Source: the human T2T-CHM13v2.0 reference genome, Homo sapiens. Taken from it: DNA of 64,000 nucleotides. This document shows positions 27,231 to 39,920 of the stretch, one piece after another. The stretch lies in NCBI RefSeq assembly GCF_009914755.1, contig NC_060932.1; one strand, written 5' to 3'. The notes below the pieces were generated by a model, which made no database searches, had not been told where the DNA came from, and saw only the letters and a program-made list of their open reading frames with translations. Each line of letters opens with the position of its first letter. Within the stretch, counting starts at the first letter, position 1. The position numbers were made by a program, and so were the translations under genes.

Positions 27231-27301
27231 GTTTGATTCCATACCTTGGCTCTTGTAAATAGTGCAGCATTATTTACAATAGCCAAGGTATGGAATCAAA
27301 C
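27231..27301. repeat. 71-bp near-perfect palindrome (35-bp arms, 1-nt spacer, 2 mismatches)
   Basis: GTTTGATTCCATACCTTGGCTCTTGTAAATAGTGC-A-GCATTATTTACAATAGCCAAGGTATGGAATCAAAC. Confidence 0.95.
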
Positions 27302-28637
27302 CAGATATTAATTCAACATACTAATTTCGTTTTCTGTGGATACATACCCAGAAGTGGGATTGCTGGATCATATGATCTGTGTAGGTTTGTGTTGCTGTCT
27401 ATGCATTTCAAGTACCAAATACCTCTTTCAGTCTGTATAGATGGTTCTGTAGATAAAGGCCCTCTTCTATTAGGTCCCCAGGCTGACTCTGAGATTTCCT
27501 CTGGGATCACAGTTGAGCAGGGTTAGAGCTAGGTCATGTGGCTTCTACTGAGTGCATAGTGAGGTATAAGGTAGGTGAGCCTATTACCCGGGCTCAAGCA
27601 AACATGGATCCTGTCTGGGCTCTGGGTGGACTGGGCTGCCCCCAGAAGCATGGCCAGTAGGGCTGGTGCTGAATGAGGGTCTACTTCTGAGTCTGTAGAT
27701 GGCAGTCCTATAACCTGGTATGTGGATAGGTGTGGCTTCCTCCAGGTTTCTGGATTGGTTTGCTCTGGGTCACTGGGTGGGTCCCTGGGCAGGCAGTGCT
27801 GGCCCTCAGCCATGGCTGAGAGGGGCTCGACCTGAGTCACAGGGCTGCTACAGGGTCCACAAATGAGACCGAGGTCTGCAGGGCACAGACCCTTGGGGGA
27901 CACAGATGAGTGTGTCTCTCTCTGGGGTCCTGGAAAAGCAGGCTGCTTTCAGACTGCAGCTGAGAGGAACTAGAGCTGAGGCTCAGGGCTATTTCCAGGA
28001 TCTGCTGATAGTGGAAAGTAGTTTTAATGCCCTGGGCTATCTCCTAGAGAAAGGAAATGTCCAGTGATGACTCAGAACTACAGTAAGCCAATTGTGGGTT
28101 ATCCACGACATTTCCCAAACTCAGAGTCAAGGCCAAACCTGTTCATCCAAATAATTGTGCCCTAAAGCCTGCACTCCTGGAGCGATCCCATATGGACATG
28201 GAGCCATGGCCTGTTTCCTGGGTATGGCGGTGAGAGGAGAACCTCCTGCACTGGCAAATCTGATTGGTGCAAATGTGCCATCTGTCACTTGTCTGGCCCA
28301 CAACTACCCCTTCAAGCATGCCGGTGTGGGATGAAACATAGAAAACAGAGCCCGGGTCTGCTCAGTCCTTTGTTACACTGATATGGCTGCCAGGTTGCCT
28401 CACACTCAACTATGAACCACCAGGGCTTAAAACAAGCAGAATCTCATAGTTTCTCAAATCTTATGCCTTGTGTTGTGTAAAAAAGTCAGAAAATACACTG
28501 TCAGCTGGCACAATGAAAATCTAATGGATTTACTAATTTTTAAATAAGATTAAAACCCATTGATAATTTAAATAATCTATTTTCATAACACTTCATTGCA
28601 AAAAAACTCAATGTTTTCTGGACTTTCTTTGTGAATT

Positions 28638-28936
28638 TTTTTTTTTTTTATTTTGAGATGGAGTTTCACTCTTGTCGCCCAGGCTGGAGTACAATGGCCT
28701 AATCTCGGCTCCCTGCAACTTCCACCTCCTGAGTTCAAGTGATTCTCCTGCCTCAGCCTCCTGAGTAGCTGGGATTACAGGCGCCGGCCATCACTCCTGG
28801 CTAATTTTTATATTTTTAGTAGAGACAGGGTTTTACCACGTTGGCCAGGCTGGTCTCCAACTCTTGACCTCAGGTGATCCACCCACCTCAGCCTCCCAAA
28901 ATGCTGGGATTACCTGCGTGAGCCACGACACCCGGC
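28638..28936 (-). mobile_element. AluS (Sq-like)
   Basis: Full Alu; TSD TTTCTTTGTGAATT. Confidence 0.95.
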
Positions 28937-29452
28937 TTTCTTTGTGAATTCTTTCAATATTTTTCTGAGGCAGATGGAGAACAAATACCTCTATTGCAGG
29001 TGCTCAGAAAATCTACTGTGGGGAATTATATTAAGAAGAACCCAGCACATGTCTTGCTCCACACAAGCACTCAGGTTCCCTGCACTAATGTTAGAATGGT
29101 CCTAGGTGGGCGTTTGCTTTCTGTGAAGCCCCAGCTGCCTTTCTCACAGTCTTTCAGAACATCTGCCAGTGCTACCCAAACAAATCCTGGTGTAGTTAGG
29201 CAGTCCTAATGTAAATGCTTAATAGAGGCATGGCATTCTTGTTTGATTACTTTACTGCTGCAAAGAAATAGGGCCCAATTTAACATTAAGCCTGTCATTG
29301 GTGAACAGTGCTCTTTTGCTAGTGTAAACAAAACCCCTTGCATTTTGACAATAACATATTCAGAATTTAAATTAAACTAAGCTAGAAAATTATAACTGTA
29401 GGGTAGCAACTAAGTCATTCTCACACAGAATGTTTGTAAAATGTAAGTTGAT

Positions 29453-29747
29453 GGCTGGACATGGTGGCTCACACCTGTAATCCTGGTGCTTTAAGAGGCT
29501 GAGATGGGAGGATTGCTTGATCTCGGGAGTTTGAGACCAGACTGGGCAACATAGCGAGACCCCTGTCTCTATAAAAAATAAAAAAAAATTAGCCAGGCAT
29601 GGTGGCGTGCACCTGTAGTTCCTGCTACTTCAAAGGCTGAAATGGGAGGATCACCTGAGAGGAGAGCAGGATTGTGTCACTGCACTCCGGCCTAGGTGAC
29701 AGAGTGAGACCTTGTCTCAAAAATAAAAAAATAAAATAAAATAAAAA
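29453..29747 (+). mobile_element. AluJ with a right-arm deletion
   Basis: GGAGGATTGCTTGA diagnostic; TSD GTAAGTTGA. Confidence 0.9.
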
Positions 29748-30179
29748 GTAAGTTGACATCGCAGCTTAGTAGAATTGACTTTATGGGAAGGAGGTGCGGG
29801 CACTGGCTGTAAAATCTTTTTGTCCTTTACATTGGGGGATCTCTCATGTCTTCTGGTTATTTATTTATTTATATTTGTTTGTTGATTCAAATGCACTTGT
29901 GGGGAATGTGAGTGGATACTAGACAGGCTATGTATTTTATTTAAGAGAGGAATGGTGTAAATAATACAAATAGGCCTTGATGTTCATCTTCCTGTGGGCT
30001 TCTCTGTATAAACCCAAAAGTCCTCCATCTTTTATTTTCCAAGTAGGGGAAGTGGAGTTGGTCAGTGTCTCAATGTTTGTGGACATTTATTCCTAAGTGT
30101 TGCCGTAAGGGCTCTTGTCGATAAGAAGGGCAGCTCTCTTCTTCTATGTCTCAGGCTGTAGACTGAGGTCTCAGCAGAG

Positions 30180-31140
30180 GCTGTCATTTTGTTTAGCAGT
30201 TACTGATAATGACAGATCTAGTATATCACCACAGGAGGGAGCAGATGGCATGCAGTGGGTGAACAAGGCCGTTGTAAAGAGGAGACCAAGAAACCAAGGG
30301 ATCGGAGTGTTGTAAGGATCATCTCTGTTGTAGACTAAAACTTCTAAGAGTGAAGTCAGGAGAGAGTCTCAATTCTAGGAAGAATGATGGGAGCTCCTAG
30401 GGGGTCTATAGGTGACAGGAAAAATAAGGAGTTACAGTGGTGTTATTTTATGACATAATCTTCAAAGCTGGAGTGTTTCAGGGAAAAAGGAGGGAGAGTG
30501 GTTTAAAACTGGGAAGGAGGAACAAGAAGAATATCCTCCCACCTCTGAGTAGAACTGTATAAGGCTGGTGGGAGAAAAACAGGTAATTCTTAGAAGGATT
30601 ACAGGAGAAGTAATATTTTCAGGGAAAGCCAGTTTTTTGTTCTACACTGAAGGTGAAATGAAGATTTAGAGATGAGGTTACAAATATGGGGGATTTAAGT
30701 GAATTAACACAGGAACAGAAAACTAAGTCCTGCATGTTCTCACTCGGAAGTGGGAGCTATACATTGAGCAGACATGAACATTAATATGGGAACAAGAGAC
30801 ACTGCAGACTACTGGGGTGGGAGGGAAGGAGAGGCAAGGGTTTAAGCTACCTATCCAGTACTATGCTCACTACCTGAGTGCAATATACCCATGCAACAAA
30901 CCTGCACATGTATCCCCTGCATCTAAAATAAAAGTTGAAATTAAAAAAAAAAAAGAATATAGGGATTTTGCAGATAATGGATGGGGAGTTCTAAAAGGCA
31001 CAGTAGAAGGATTTCTGGAATTTGAGATGGAGAAAGGTGAGAAGAGAAGAAATAAAAGGATCAGCGAAGGGCTGGTGGATGATTGAGGGATGACTGGGAG
31101 TCCAGCCTTGGGTGACAAAGAGAAAAAAGGCATGAGTTTA
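30180..31140 (-). mobile_element. Degenerate L2-like internal remnant
   Basis: Purine-rich tract resembling antisense L2 ORF2; weak. Confidence 0.35.
30697..30954 (+). mobile_element. L1PB/late-L1PA 3' end
   Basis: CATGTTCTCACTCGGAAGTGGGAGCTA...AAACCTGCACATGTATCCCCTGCATCTAAAATAAAAGTTG plus poly-A; TSD ~AATAT(G/A)GGGATTT. Confidence 0.9.
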
Positions 31141-31509
31141 ATTCCAATGCATAATCAAGGCAGAGACTACGATATTGGAGGATAAAAAAGTGTGCATTTC
31201 AGCAGCTTCCTGTTCGTCTCGATGAGGTGTAGAAGGTCTAAAGGAGGAGACTCCTGTTTGACTTCTAATACCTATTGGTAGAGCAGGAAGTGTATATTTT
31301 CCATCTTCATCCCTTTGGATGGAAGGGAATCTTCTGGGGAAAGCCTGATGTACCCCCTCAGTAAGGCCTTTTCACCCCTGATGATAGGGACAGAAGAGTC
31401 ATGTGGGGATGGTCTCCTCCCAGTGCGCTGGTTCATTTAAGACCCTGGGATAACATGATGTACTGCCTGAATTGTCAAGGATTTGAGGTATTCTCCAAAT
31501 TCACAGGGA

Positions 31510-31670
31510 CGTAGAATATTGAAGGTAAAAGAAACCTAAGAAAATTTCAGGCTCAAACCTTCAGTTTCACAAGAGAGAAAACTGAGTCTGAGAGGGCCAA
31601 CTACCTTGGCTGAGGTTTCCCCTATTAATAGAATTATAACAGAGATATTCTGATTTTAGGCAATGACTCC
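31510..31670 (-). mobile_element. MIR fragment
   Basis: GAGAAAACTGAGTCTGAGAGGG. Confidence 0.55.
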
Positions 31671-31993
31671 CACATTTCAACAGCCCTGTGTTGGTCCTGA
31701 GATGTTCATAGTTTTAATTAAAAAAATCTTTCCCAGTCAGCAAATTCATAGGCTTTTTACTATATAAACTGTAGTAAAAACTTTACTATAAAACTCTTCT
31801 TTTTAAAGCTTATGTTTTAATAATAAGGATAAAGAGTTTGCTTATATTTCAAGCATTTTCCACACTATATGAAATACCATTCCATAGACAATTTGGCGTA
31901 TGTTCAAGAGGATGGTCTTCCAGGGCACAAAGGCTGTGCCTGTGAAGTTGAGGAAACTGTTACATGGAGACTGTACCTAAGAAGGGTTTCTAA

Positions 31994-32315
<322 letters not shown>

Positions 32316-32539
32316 CTAAACTTCTGAGGGTAAAGTAAAGCCTCTCCTTAAATATCTGTGGAAATATGAAACACATTGGGTCATCAAGATTCCTCAATTT
32401 TGTAGCTATGACTTTTTAATCAATAGTTTTTGAACTCTTTTTTTGAGGAGGTCTTTCCTGGGTAACTTGGAACTCTACTTCTTCTCTTTAGAACAAAAGT
32501 GGATAGTCCTCCACAGATATAATATATATGAGGACATTT

Positions 32540-35500
32540 TATATCAATGTAATTATACAATAGGTGGCCTTTTGTGACTGGTTTCTTTCACTTGGCATAG
32601 TCTTTTCAAGGTATATCCATGTTGCTGCATGTATCAGTATTGCATTCCTTTTGATGGTTGAATAATATTCCATTGCATGGATACATCCCATTTTGTTTAT
32701 CCATTTATTGGTCGATGGAAATTTATATTGTTTCCACATTTTGGCTATTGTATTACTCCTATGAACATTCTTGTTCAAGTTTTTGTTTGACACTTGTTTT
32801 CATTTTTTTGTGTGCGTGCATATACCTAGTATTAGAATTTCTGGGTTATATAGTAAATTCCATAAATAACTTGTTGAACGTTTGCCAAACTGTCTTCCAA
32901 AATATCTACATCATTTTACATTTACACCGGCAATGTATGATGGTTGTAATTTCTCTGACTTCTTTCTAACACTTGTTCTTGTCTTTCTTTTTGATTTTAG
33001 CCATTCTAGTGTGTGTGAAGGGCTATCTCCTTGTGGTTTCGATTTGCATTTCCCTAATGACCAATGCTGTTGATCATCTTTTTGTGTGTTTATTATCTAT
33101 ATGTATATCTTTTTTTGGAAAAATGACTATGCAAATCCTTTGCCCATTTTTTAATTGGATATTTGTCTTTTTATTGCAAGTTGAGAGGATTCTTTGTATT
33201 TTCTGGAAACTACACTTTTATTGGAATTATGATTTGCAAATATTTTCTACCATTCTATATGTTGCATTTTACTTTGTTAATATGTCTATAAGTGCTATAT
33301 CTTCTTGATGGACATTGACACTTTATAATTATAAAAAGTCCTTCTTTGTCTCTAGTGCAATTTTTTTAAATTAAATTTTGTTTTAAGTTTTGGGATATAT
33401 GTACAAGATGTGCAGTTTTGTTACACAGGTAAATGTATGCAGTGGTGGTTTGCTGCACCTATCTACCCATCACCTAGGTATTAAGCCCAGCATGCATTAG
33501 CTGTTTATCTTGATGGTCTCCCTCTCCCCGGCCTCCCCAACAGGTCCCAGTGTGTGTTGTTCCCCTCCCTGTGTTCACGTGTTCTCATTGTTCAGCTCCC
33601 ACTTATAAGTGAGAACATATGGTGTTTTGTTTTCTGTTCCTGTGTTAGTTTGCTGAGGATGATGGCTTACAGCTCCATCCACGCCCTTGCAAAGAATACG
33701 ATCTCGTTCCTTTTTATAGCTCCATAGTATCTTGTGTTTCTTTTTGTATGATATTATTATAGCCACTCCAGCCTTCATTTGGTTAGATTAGATGATACAT
33801 TTTTTTTTCAGAAATTTTGCTTTCAAACTATTTGTGTTTTTGGATCTAAAGTGTACCTCTTTTAGACAGTATGTAGTTGTATCATTTAAAAAAATTCAAT
33901 CTTCCAATCTCTGCCTTTTAATTGGAGTGTTAATTCATTTACATTTGATATAATTACTGATATATTAGGATTTATGACAGCCATTTTGCTGTCTTTCCTA
34001 TATCTTTTTCTTGCCCTTATATTTTTCTATTACTGTCTGTTTTGTGTTAAATAGATGCATTATTCTATTGCACTATTTTAATTTTCTTATTTATTTTGCT
34101 AAATTTTTTGAGTTATTTCTTAGTGCCTAGTATTACAATTAGCGGATTAGCTTAAAAAATCTAATGCATAATAAAATCAGCTAAATTTCAATAATATACA
34201 AAAACTTTACTCCAGTCTAACTCTATTTCTTCCCTCCTCCTTTTTGCTATTTTCTCATGTAAATTATATCTTTATACATTGTAAGCCGACAAGCACACTT
34301 GTGTAATTATTGCTTTATGCAGTTGTCTTTTACATCAGATAGGGGAACAAAGGACTTAAAAACAAAAGATGCATTTACATTGTCTTTTATTTTTACCTAT
34401 GTAGGTACTTACTGGAGCTATTGATTTCTTCATGTTGCTTCAGCTTACTGTATCATGTTCTTTCATTTTAGCCTGAAGAAATCCCTATGGCCTTTTTTTT
34501 TTTTTTTTTCTAGGCCAGGTTTGCTAGCAACAAAATTCTTTTGGTTTTTGTTTATCTGGAAATGTCTTACATTTTCCTTTATTTTTGAAGGATAGTTTTG
34601 TTGAATATAGGATTCTTGGTTGAGGGTCTTTTTCTTTCAGCACTTTGAATATGTCATGTGACTGCCTTTTGGCTTCCAGTTGTTTTTGATTATAAGTCAA
34701 ATGTTAACTTATTGGGGAATTTTTTTGTAGGTAATAAGTTGTTTTTTTCTCACTGCTTTCAAGATTTTTTTTCCTTTCCAGGTTTTGACAGTTTGACTAT
34801 AGTGTGTGTACATGTGGATTTCTTTGAGATTATCCTCCTTGAAGTTTGTTGAGCTTCTTAGATTCATAGATAAAACTTTCATCAAATTTGTAAAGGGTGC
34901 CATTATTTCTTCAATTATTCTTTATGCTCCTTTCTTTCTCTCCTCTACTTTTGAGACTCACATTATACATGTGTTGGCATATTGAAAATATCCCATGTGT
35001 ATCTGGGTACTCTTAATTTTTGTAAATTTCTCCAGACTTTATCTATCTTCAAGTTTACTTAATTCTTTCTTCTGCTAGCTTACATCGGCTTCTGAGACCC
35101 TCCTATGAATTTCACACATCACTTATTGTACTTTTCAAGTCTAGAATTTCTATTTGGCCCGTTTTTTAAAAAAATTCTATATCTTTATTGATAGTCTCAA
35201 TTTGGTTATTCATATACTCCCTTTTATTTCTTTAGACACAGTTTCTTCTAGTTTTTGACTGTATTTGTAACAGCTGGTTTTAAGCATTTGTCTAGTAAGT
35301 CCAATATCTGGGCTTCCTTGCACAATATTTCTATTGAATACATTTTTCCCCATTGTGCATGGGCCATGCTGTGTTTTCGTATGCCTCATAATTCTTTGTT
35401 TAAAGCTGGACATTTAAAATAACATTATGTGGCAATTCTGAAAATCAGACTCCCCCCTTACTTACCATAATTTTTCATTGTTGCTTTTGTTTTGGTTTTC

Positions 35501-35960
35501 ATTATTTACTGTTTAGTGACTTTTCTGGCCTAATTCAATAAAGTCTGTAAGCTTTATCATGTGCAACCACTGAAATCTCTCCTTGGTTAACTTAGTGGTC
35601 AGCCAATAATTGGGCAGAAGGTTGGTTAAGTGCTTTGAACTAATAAGTGTCCTATCCTTTCCAAAGGGTTTCTCAGTGAGTGTGTGTGTGTGCATGCATG
35701 TATGTGTGTATGTTAGAGTATGCCTCAAATGGAAGTTGACAGCTTTAACTTAGCCTTCACTCCTGTTTTCAAAGACCCTAAGGGTCAGTGAAAAGTGATA
35801 TATTAAGTCAGTCTTAGGTCTTTCCTGAAAATACACATAGCCTCACACATGCATGTGACTTTCTAGATCTCCCTGAATATGTCAGAGCTTTTCCAAGAAC
35901 TTTGTGGACATCTTGCCCCCAAGACCTCATTTATGTTTTTGTTTTTGTTGTTGTTGGCCC
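32540..35960 (-). mobile_element. Old L1M (MC/MD-like): 3' end, then ORF2 N-terminal/ORF1/5' pieces
   Basis: Minus-strand peptides MEYYSTIKRN..HAATWIYLE (ORF2 C-term), KAGVAIII (endonuclease) and KKILKAVRKKQLITYK (ORF1). Confidence 0.85.
33361..33730 (-). mobile_element. L1PA (older, ~PA8-15-like) 3' end inserted in the L1M
   Basis: CCCATCACCTAGGTATTAAGCCCAGCATGCATTAGCT...CAGCTCCCACTTATAAGTGAGAAC. Confidence 0.9.
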
Positions 35961-36425
35961 ACCTTTTAAAAATCTTACTTTTTTTGTTTTAATTTTTAAA
36001 TAACTTTTATGCAATAAAAACTGAAAAATATTCTTTTGTTGAGTGTTTTTCCTAGACAGAAGATACTCAGATAATGTGCTGATATTTTCATAGACACATT
36101 TACTCACATTTTGTATGTATAGATGATTAAAAAACTTATAAATATTTAGCCTTTTACTTGTCCTTCTCTACTGACAGGTCTTTGGAGACAGGAATTATAT
36201 CTTGTTTACCATTCTGTGTACAATAAACTAGCACGTTGGTTGACACATGTTATTCAGTCAATAAATACATAGAGGCAAATTTTAGCAGAAGAATTTATTG
36301 AAGCAAATATTATGATTGATTTTCTTTTAAAGAAATGCCTAAACATCTTAATACTTTCATACTTGGTGATAACTGCAATGTGAGATAAAATGCTTTTGTC
36401 ATTTGTGTAAAAAACCCATCTGAGT

Positions 36426-36715
36426 GGCTGTGTGCAGTGGCTCATGCCTATAATCCCAGCACTTTGGGAGGCCGAGGTGGTGGATCATTTGAGGTCAGGA
36501 GTTCAAAACCAGTCTAGCCAACATGGTGAAACCAGATCTCTACGAAACATACAAAAATTCCAGCTACTCAGGAAGCTGAGGCAGGAGAATTGCCTGAACC
36601 TGGGAGGCGGAGGTTTCAGTGAGCCGAGATTCCATCACTGCACTCCAGCCTGGGTGATGGAGTGAGACTCCGTCTCAAAACAAAACAAACAAACAAACAA
36701 ACAAACAAACAAAAA
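36426..36715 (+). mobile_element. AluS with a linker deletion and (CAAA)n tail
   Basis: ACAAAAATT joined directly to CCAGCTACTC; TSD CCATCTGAG. Confidence 0.95.
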
Positions 36716-37927
36716 GCCATCTGAGCTAAAATATTCAATAGTGTGTGTGATATTTCAAACAACTTCTGACACGTTCCATAGAAGTTCTCATGTTTCAGCA
36801 TGCATTGTTTTCATGAGATATTTCTGTGTACCATGGAAGAAACTCCTCCCTAGCCAGCATCAAGCAGCTCAGTTGCTAACTGAAAATCTTTAATTGTCAG
36901 AGGAGGAAGATGTTTACAAGACTAACCTGTCACTAATCTGGTATACAAAAATTCACCGGTTGCTTCTGTCAAGCATTCTATTGATGCCTTCAATAGAAAT
37001 GTTTTGAAATTTGCATGTTATGTTTTGTCATTTTCAGATAGAAAATCCATGTGTGGAAAATAATACTTAACATTATTACTGTATTTTGTATATGTCTAAT
37101 GATGCTTTTCAAATGAAATCAATAGGTATTTAAAATCATCTTTTATTTTTTAACCTCCAAATTTACTTTCAATTGAATTCAAAATTTGCATCTGTGTTAT
37201 TTTAATTATGTATATAAAAGAATTAACAAATTAGCTTGCGCACCAGCCTAAGAAAAATGTAATGTAAAGTTCTATACTTTTCTTTTTATTAAGTGACTGC
37301 TTTAACTTTACAGGAATTAAAAATTTGCAAGGGAGGCATTTGTTTTTATGGAAAACTGTAGGAAGATATACTTTCTTTGTTGCTGATATGATTGAATGAT
37401 ATTTTTGAGTCCAATTTCTGATTGATAGAAAATGAATACACCAATATATACAATGTCAAGAAGCGAAACATCTCATTTAGATACATTACAGAAGTAATTG
37501 GTCCTATTTTAATGAATATATCATGAAGAAATCTGAATTATCTAAATGTTCTCCACTCCCTCAAAATCTTCCTGGCTTAAAAAATTCAAGTCATAGAACT
37601 TCTATAATATGACTAACATTCAGAGTAATTTTATATTAATCATATAAGATATAAACCAGAATGTCCTCCAAGCATATATAGTTTGTGGTGCTTGGAGCCA
37701 GAGATATTGTAAAATAAGAGAAGAAATTCAGTCGTAGGACTGACCCTTTGCTCCATCAAATATAAACCATAATTTCAGCAGTCTGATATTAGCATTCTTT
37801 TCTGGATGAGACTTTATGCCATTATCAATATAGAGTACCTTGATAACAACTTAGTAGCACTTAAAGTAGATGAATATTTAAGTAGAAAAAAATAATAAGT
37901 TGTTTAATCTTATTAGAAATACCAGTT

Positions 37928-38243
37928 TGCTGGGTCTGTTAGCTAATGCCTGTAATCCCAGCACTTTGAGAGGCTGAGGTGGGAGGATTGCTTGAGCACA
38001 GAAGTTTGACAACAGCCTGGGCAACAAAGGGAGACACCGGCTCTAAAAAAAAAAAAAAAAAAATTAGCCAGGTGTGGTGGTTCATGCTTGTGGTCCCAGC
38101 TACTCAGGAAGCTGAGGTAGGAGGATAGCTTGAGTCCACGAAGTCAAGGCTGCAGTAAGCCATGATCATGCCATTGCATTCCAGCCTGAGCAACAGTGAG
38201 ACCCTGTCAAAAAAAAAAAATAAAGAAAAAAGAAAAAAGAAAA
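37928..38243 (+). mobile_element. AluJ
   Basis: AluJ diagnostics; A tail. Confidence 0.93.
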
Positions 38244-38499
38244 TTGATTGGAGGCTTATTATTTATTTAATTTTTAATTGATTGTTATATCATTACATAA
38301 TCCCAGCATGATTAGCAAAAGCAACTGAGAAAATATCCTGTGAAAGAAAAAGAAGTTAATTCTCAGTGTTTTAACTTAATAAATGATATGATCAATTCAT
38401 TAGAAAATATGTGGAACAGAGCATTGATTTACTTATTTTTTGCCAGCTCTCTCATTTAATGGCTTCTGTGGTGAAAGTTAAGCTTCTCAACAGCAAAGA

Positions 38500-38770
38500 G
38501 ACTACAGACATAGATGTTGGGCACATACACCTGAGAATCCTAGTACTTGGGTTTAAAACCCAGCTTGTCTACTGACTAGCTGTGTAACCTTGGGCAAGAT
38601 GACTCAACTTAACTTTTTTATTCTCAGTTTCTTTTTCTGTAAACTGGGGATAATATTCACTACCTCAGATTGTCGGTATGAAGGTTAAATGAAAAGAATA
38701 TGTCAATCATTTTGAACAGTGCCTGGCATATTATAAGTACTATATGCGTTTGTCAATATTACTATTATTA
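38500..38770 (+). mobile_element. MIR
   Basis: CTAGCTGTGTAACCTTGGGCAAG...CTCAGTTTC...ACAGTGCCTGGCATA. Confidence 0.85.
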
Positions 38771-39699
38771 TATTATTTTACAGGACAGAACACATTAGAA
38801 ATTTTAAGAATAATCTATTAGTTGTCATAGCTAAATAATATATTTATATATTGCTTTTACTTTAATTATCTATTCACCATTAATTTAAAAATAGATACCA
38901 TTTTTACTTCTTCTGAGCTTTTTGTAGAATGGAGGCATCTGGGACATTTTCACCAAATCATTCATCAGAAGGTCCATTACCGTTAGTTGAACTAATGGCT
39001 ACTTGCACCATTAGCTTAAATCAACTAACAGGCAGCAGCAATTTCCTCAGTATTTTTTTATAAGTGACTTTTTAGTCTGCTTGGACACTTATTTGGGTTT
39101 AAATGTAAAAAAATCATTAAGGATTTATTTCTCTACTTATATATTATAAGAAATCTTGACAAATACTAATATTCTAGCTCATTTCCTGCTCCAAATTCAG
39201 TGCGTATCTTTTAAAAGCTTTTACTTAAAGAACAGAGGGAGGAAAACTAAATTATTGGAGGTCAGGGCAGATGGAGAGTACATATGGACTGTTTTTCTAA
39301 CTGTAGTGAAGTTCTAGATTTTTAAAAATTTTTTAAATTTCTAAAAATTTCCACCCTGTTGCTGACCAATACTTTTATTAAATACAATAGAATTGAACTT
39401 CTAACAAAGGTGATCATGCGAGTAGATGACATAGTAATGTCAAATTGCCATAAAAATTTCTAAGCTTCTACTTTTAAATTCCATATCTTGAAATGCACTG
39501 GTAACAAATAATTTGTGCAATGGTACCTTGGATAGCACTAATATAGAGCACATTAAGATGGAACTATTTCCATGGATTACTTTAGGACACTGGTTTCTTA
39601 GGTAAGTGGTAACAAATTTCCACCATCCTCCACAGAAGTGGCTTTATATAATTACTTATTACTCATTCAGTATTTAAATTCTAATTTGAAACTTTAGTA

Positions 39700-39920
39700 T
39701 AGTAACAGAAAACAATTCAGGATTTGCCTGCATACTAGGATGGGGGGATATTGACTAGAAAGAGTCATAAGAAACTTTCTGGGGTACTGAAAATGTTCCA
39801 TACCTTCTTTGTGTTGGTGGATTCACTGATATATACATTTTTAAAACTTTTTGAATTATATGCTTAAAATGAAGGCCCTTTATTGAATGTAAATTGTATC
39901 TCACTAAAGTTGGTTTAACA
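39700..39920 (+). mobile_element. L1ME-like 3' end
   Basis: GAAACTTTCTGGGGTACTGAAAATGTTC...TAAATTGTATCTCACTAAAG. Confidence 0.75.

Larger units (their letters stand above)
26357..28008 (-). mobile_element. Internally deleted L1MA: 3' end (26357-~27374) fused to a 5'UTR-like segment (~27375-28008)
   Basis: ORF2 C-terminal peptides YDPAIPLLGMYP and ILSFATTWMKL. GC-richer L1M 5'UTR-like block. Shared 17-bp TSD TAGTGGAAAGTAGTTTT at 26340-26356 and 28009-28025. Confidence 0.8.

Noticed and set aside
27529-27903. 124-aa Pro-rich ORF
   Set aside because: Lies in GC-rich L1 5'UTR-like sequence; no recognisable protein
30813-30841. G-rich tract (possible G4)
   Set aside because: Ordinary L1 3'UTR G-tract
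37020-37130. Acceptor/donor-like pair in AT-rich unique DNA
   Set aside because: Such motifs are common by chance, and there is no coding signal
39310-39350. AT palindromes
   Set aside because: Low complexity; expected by chance
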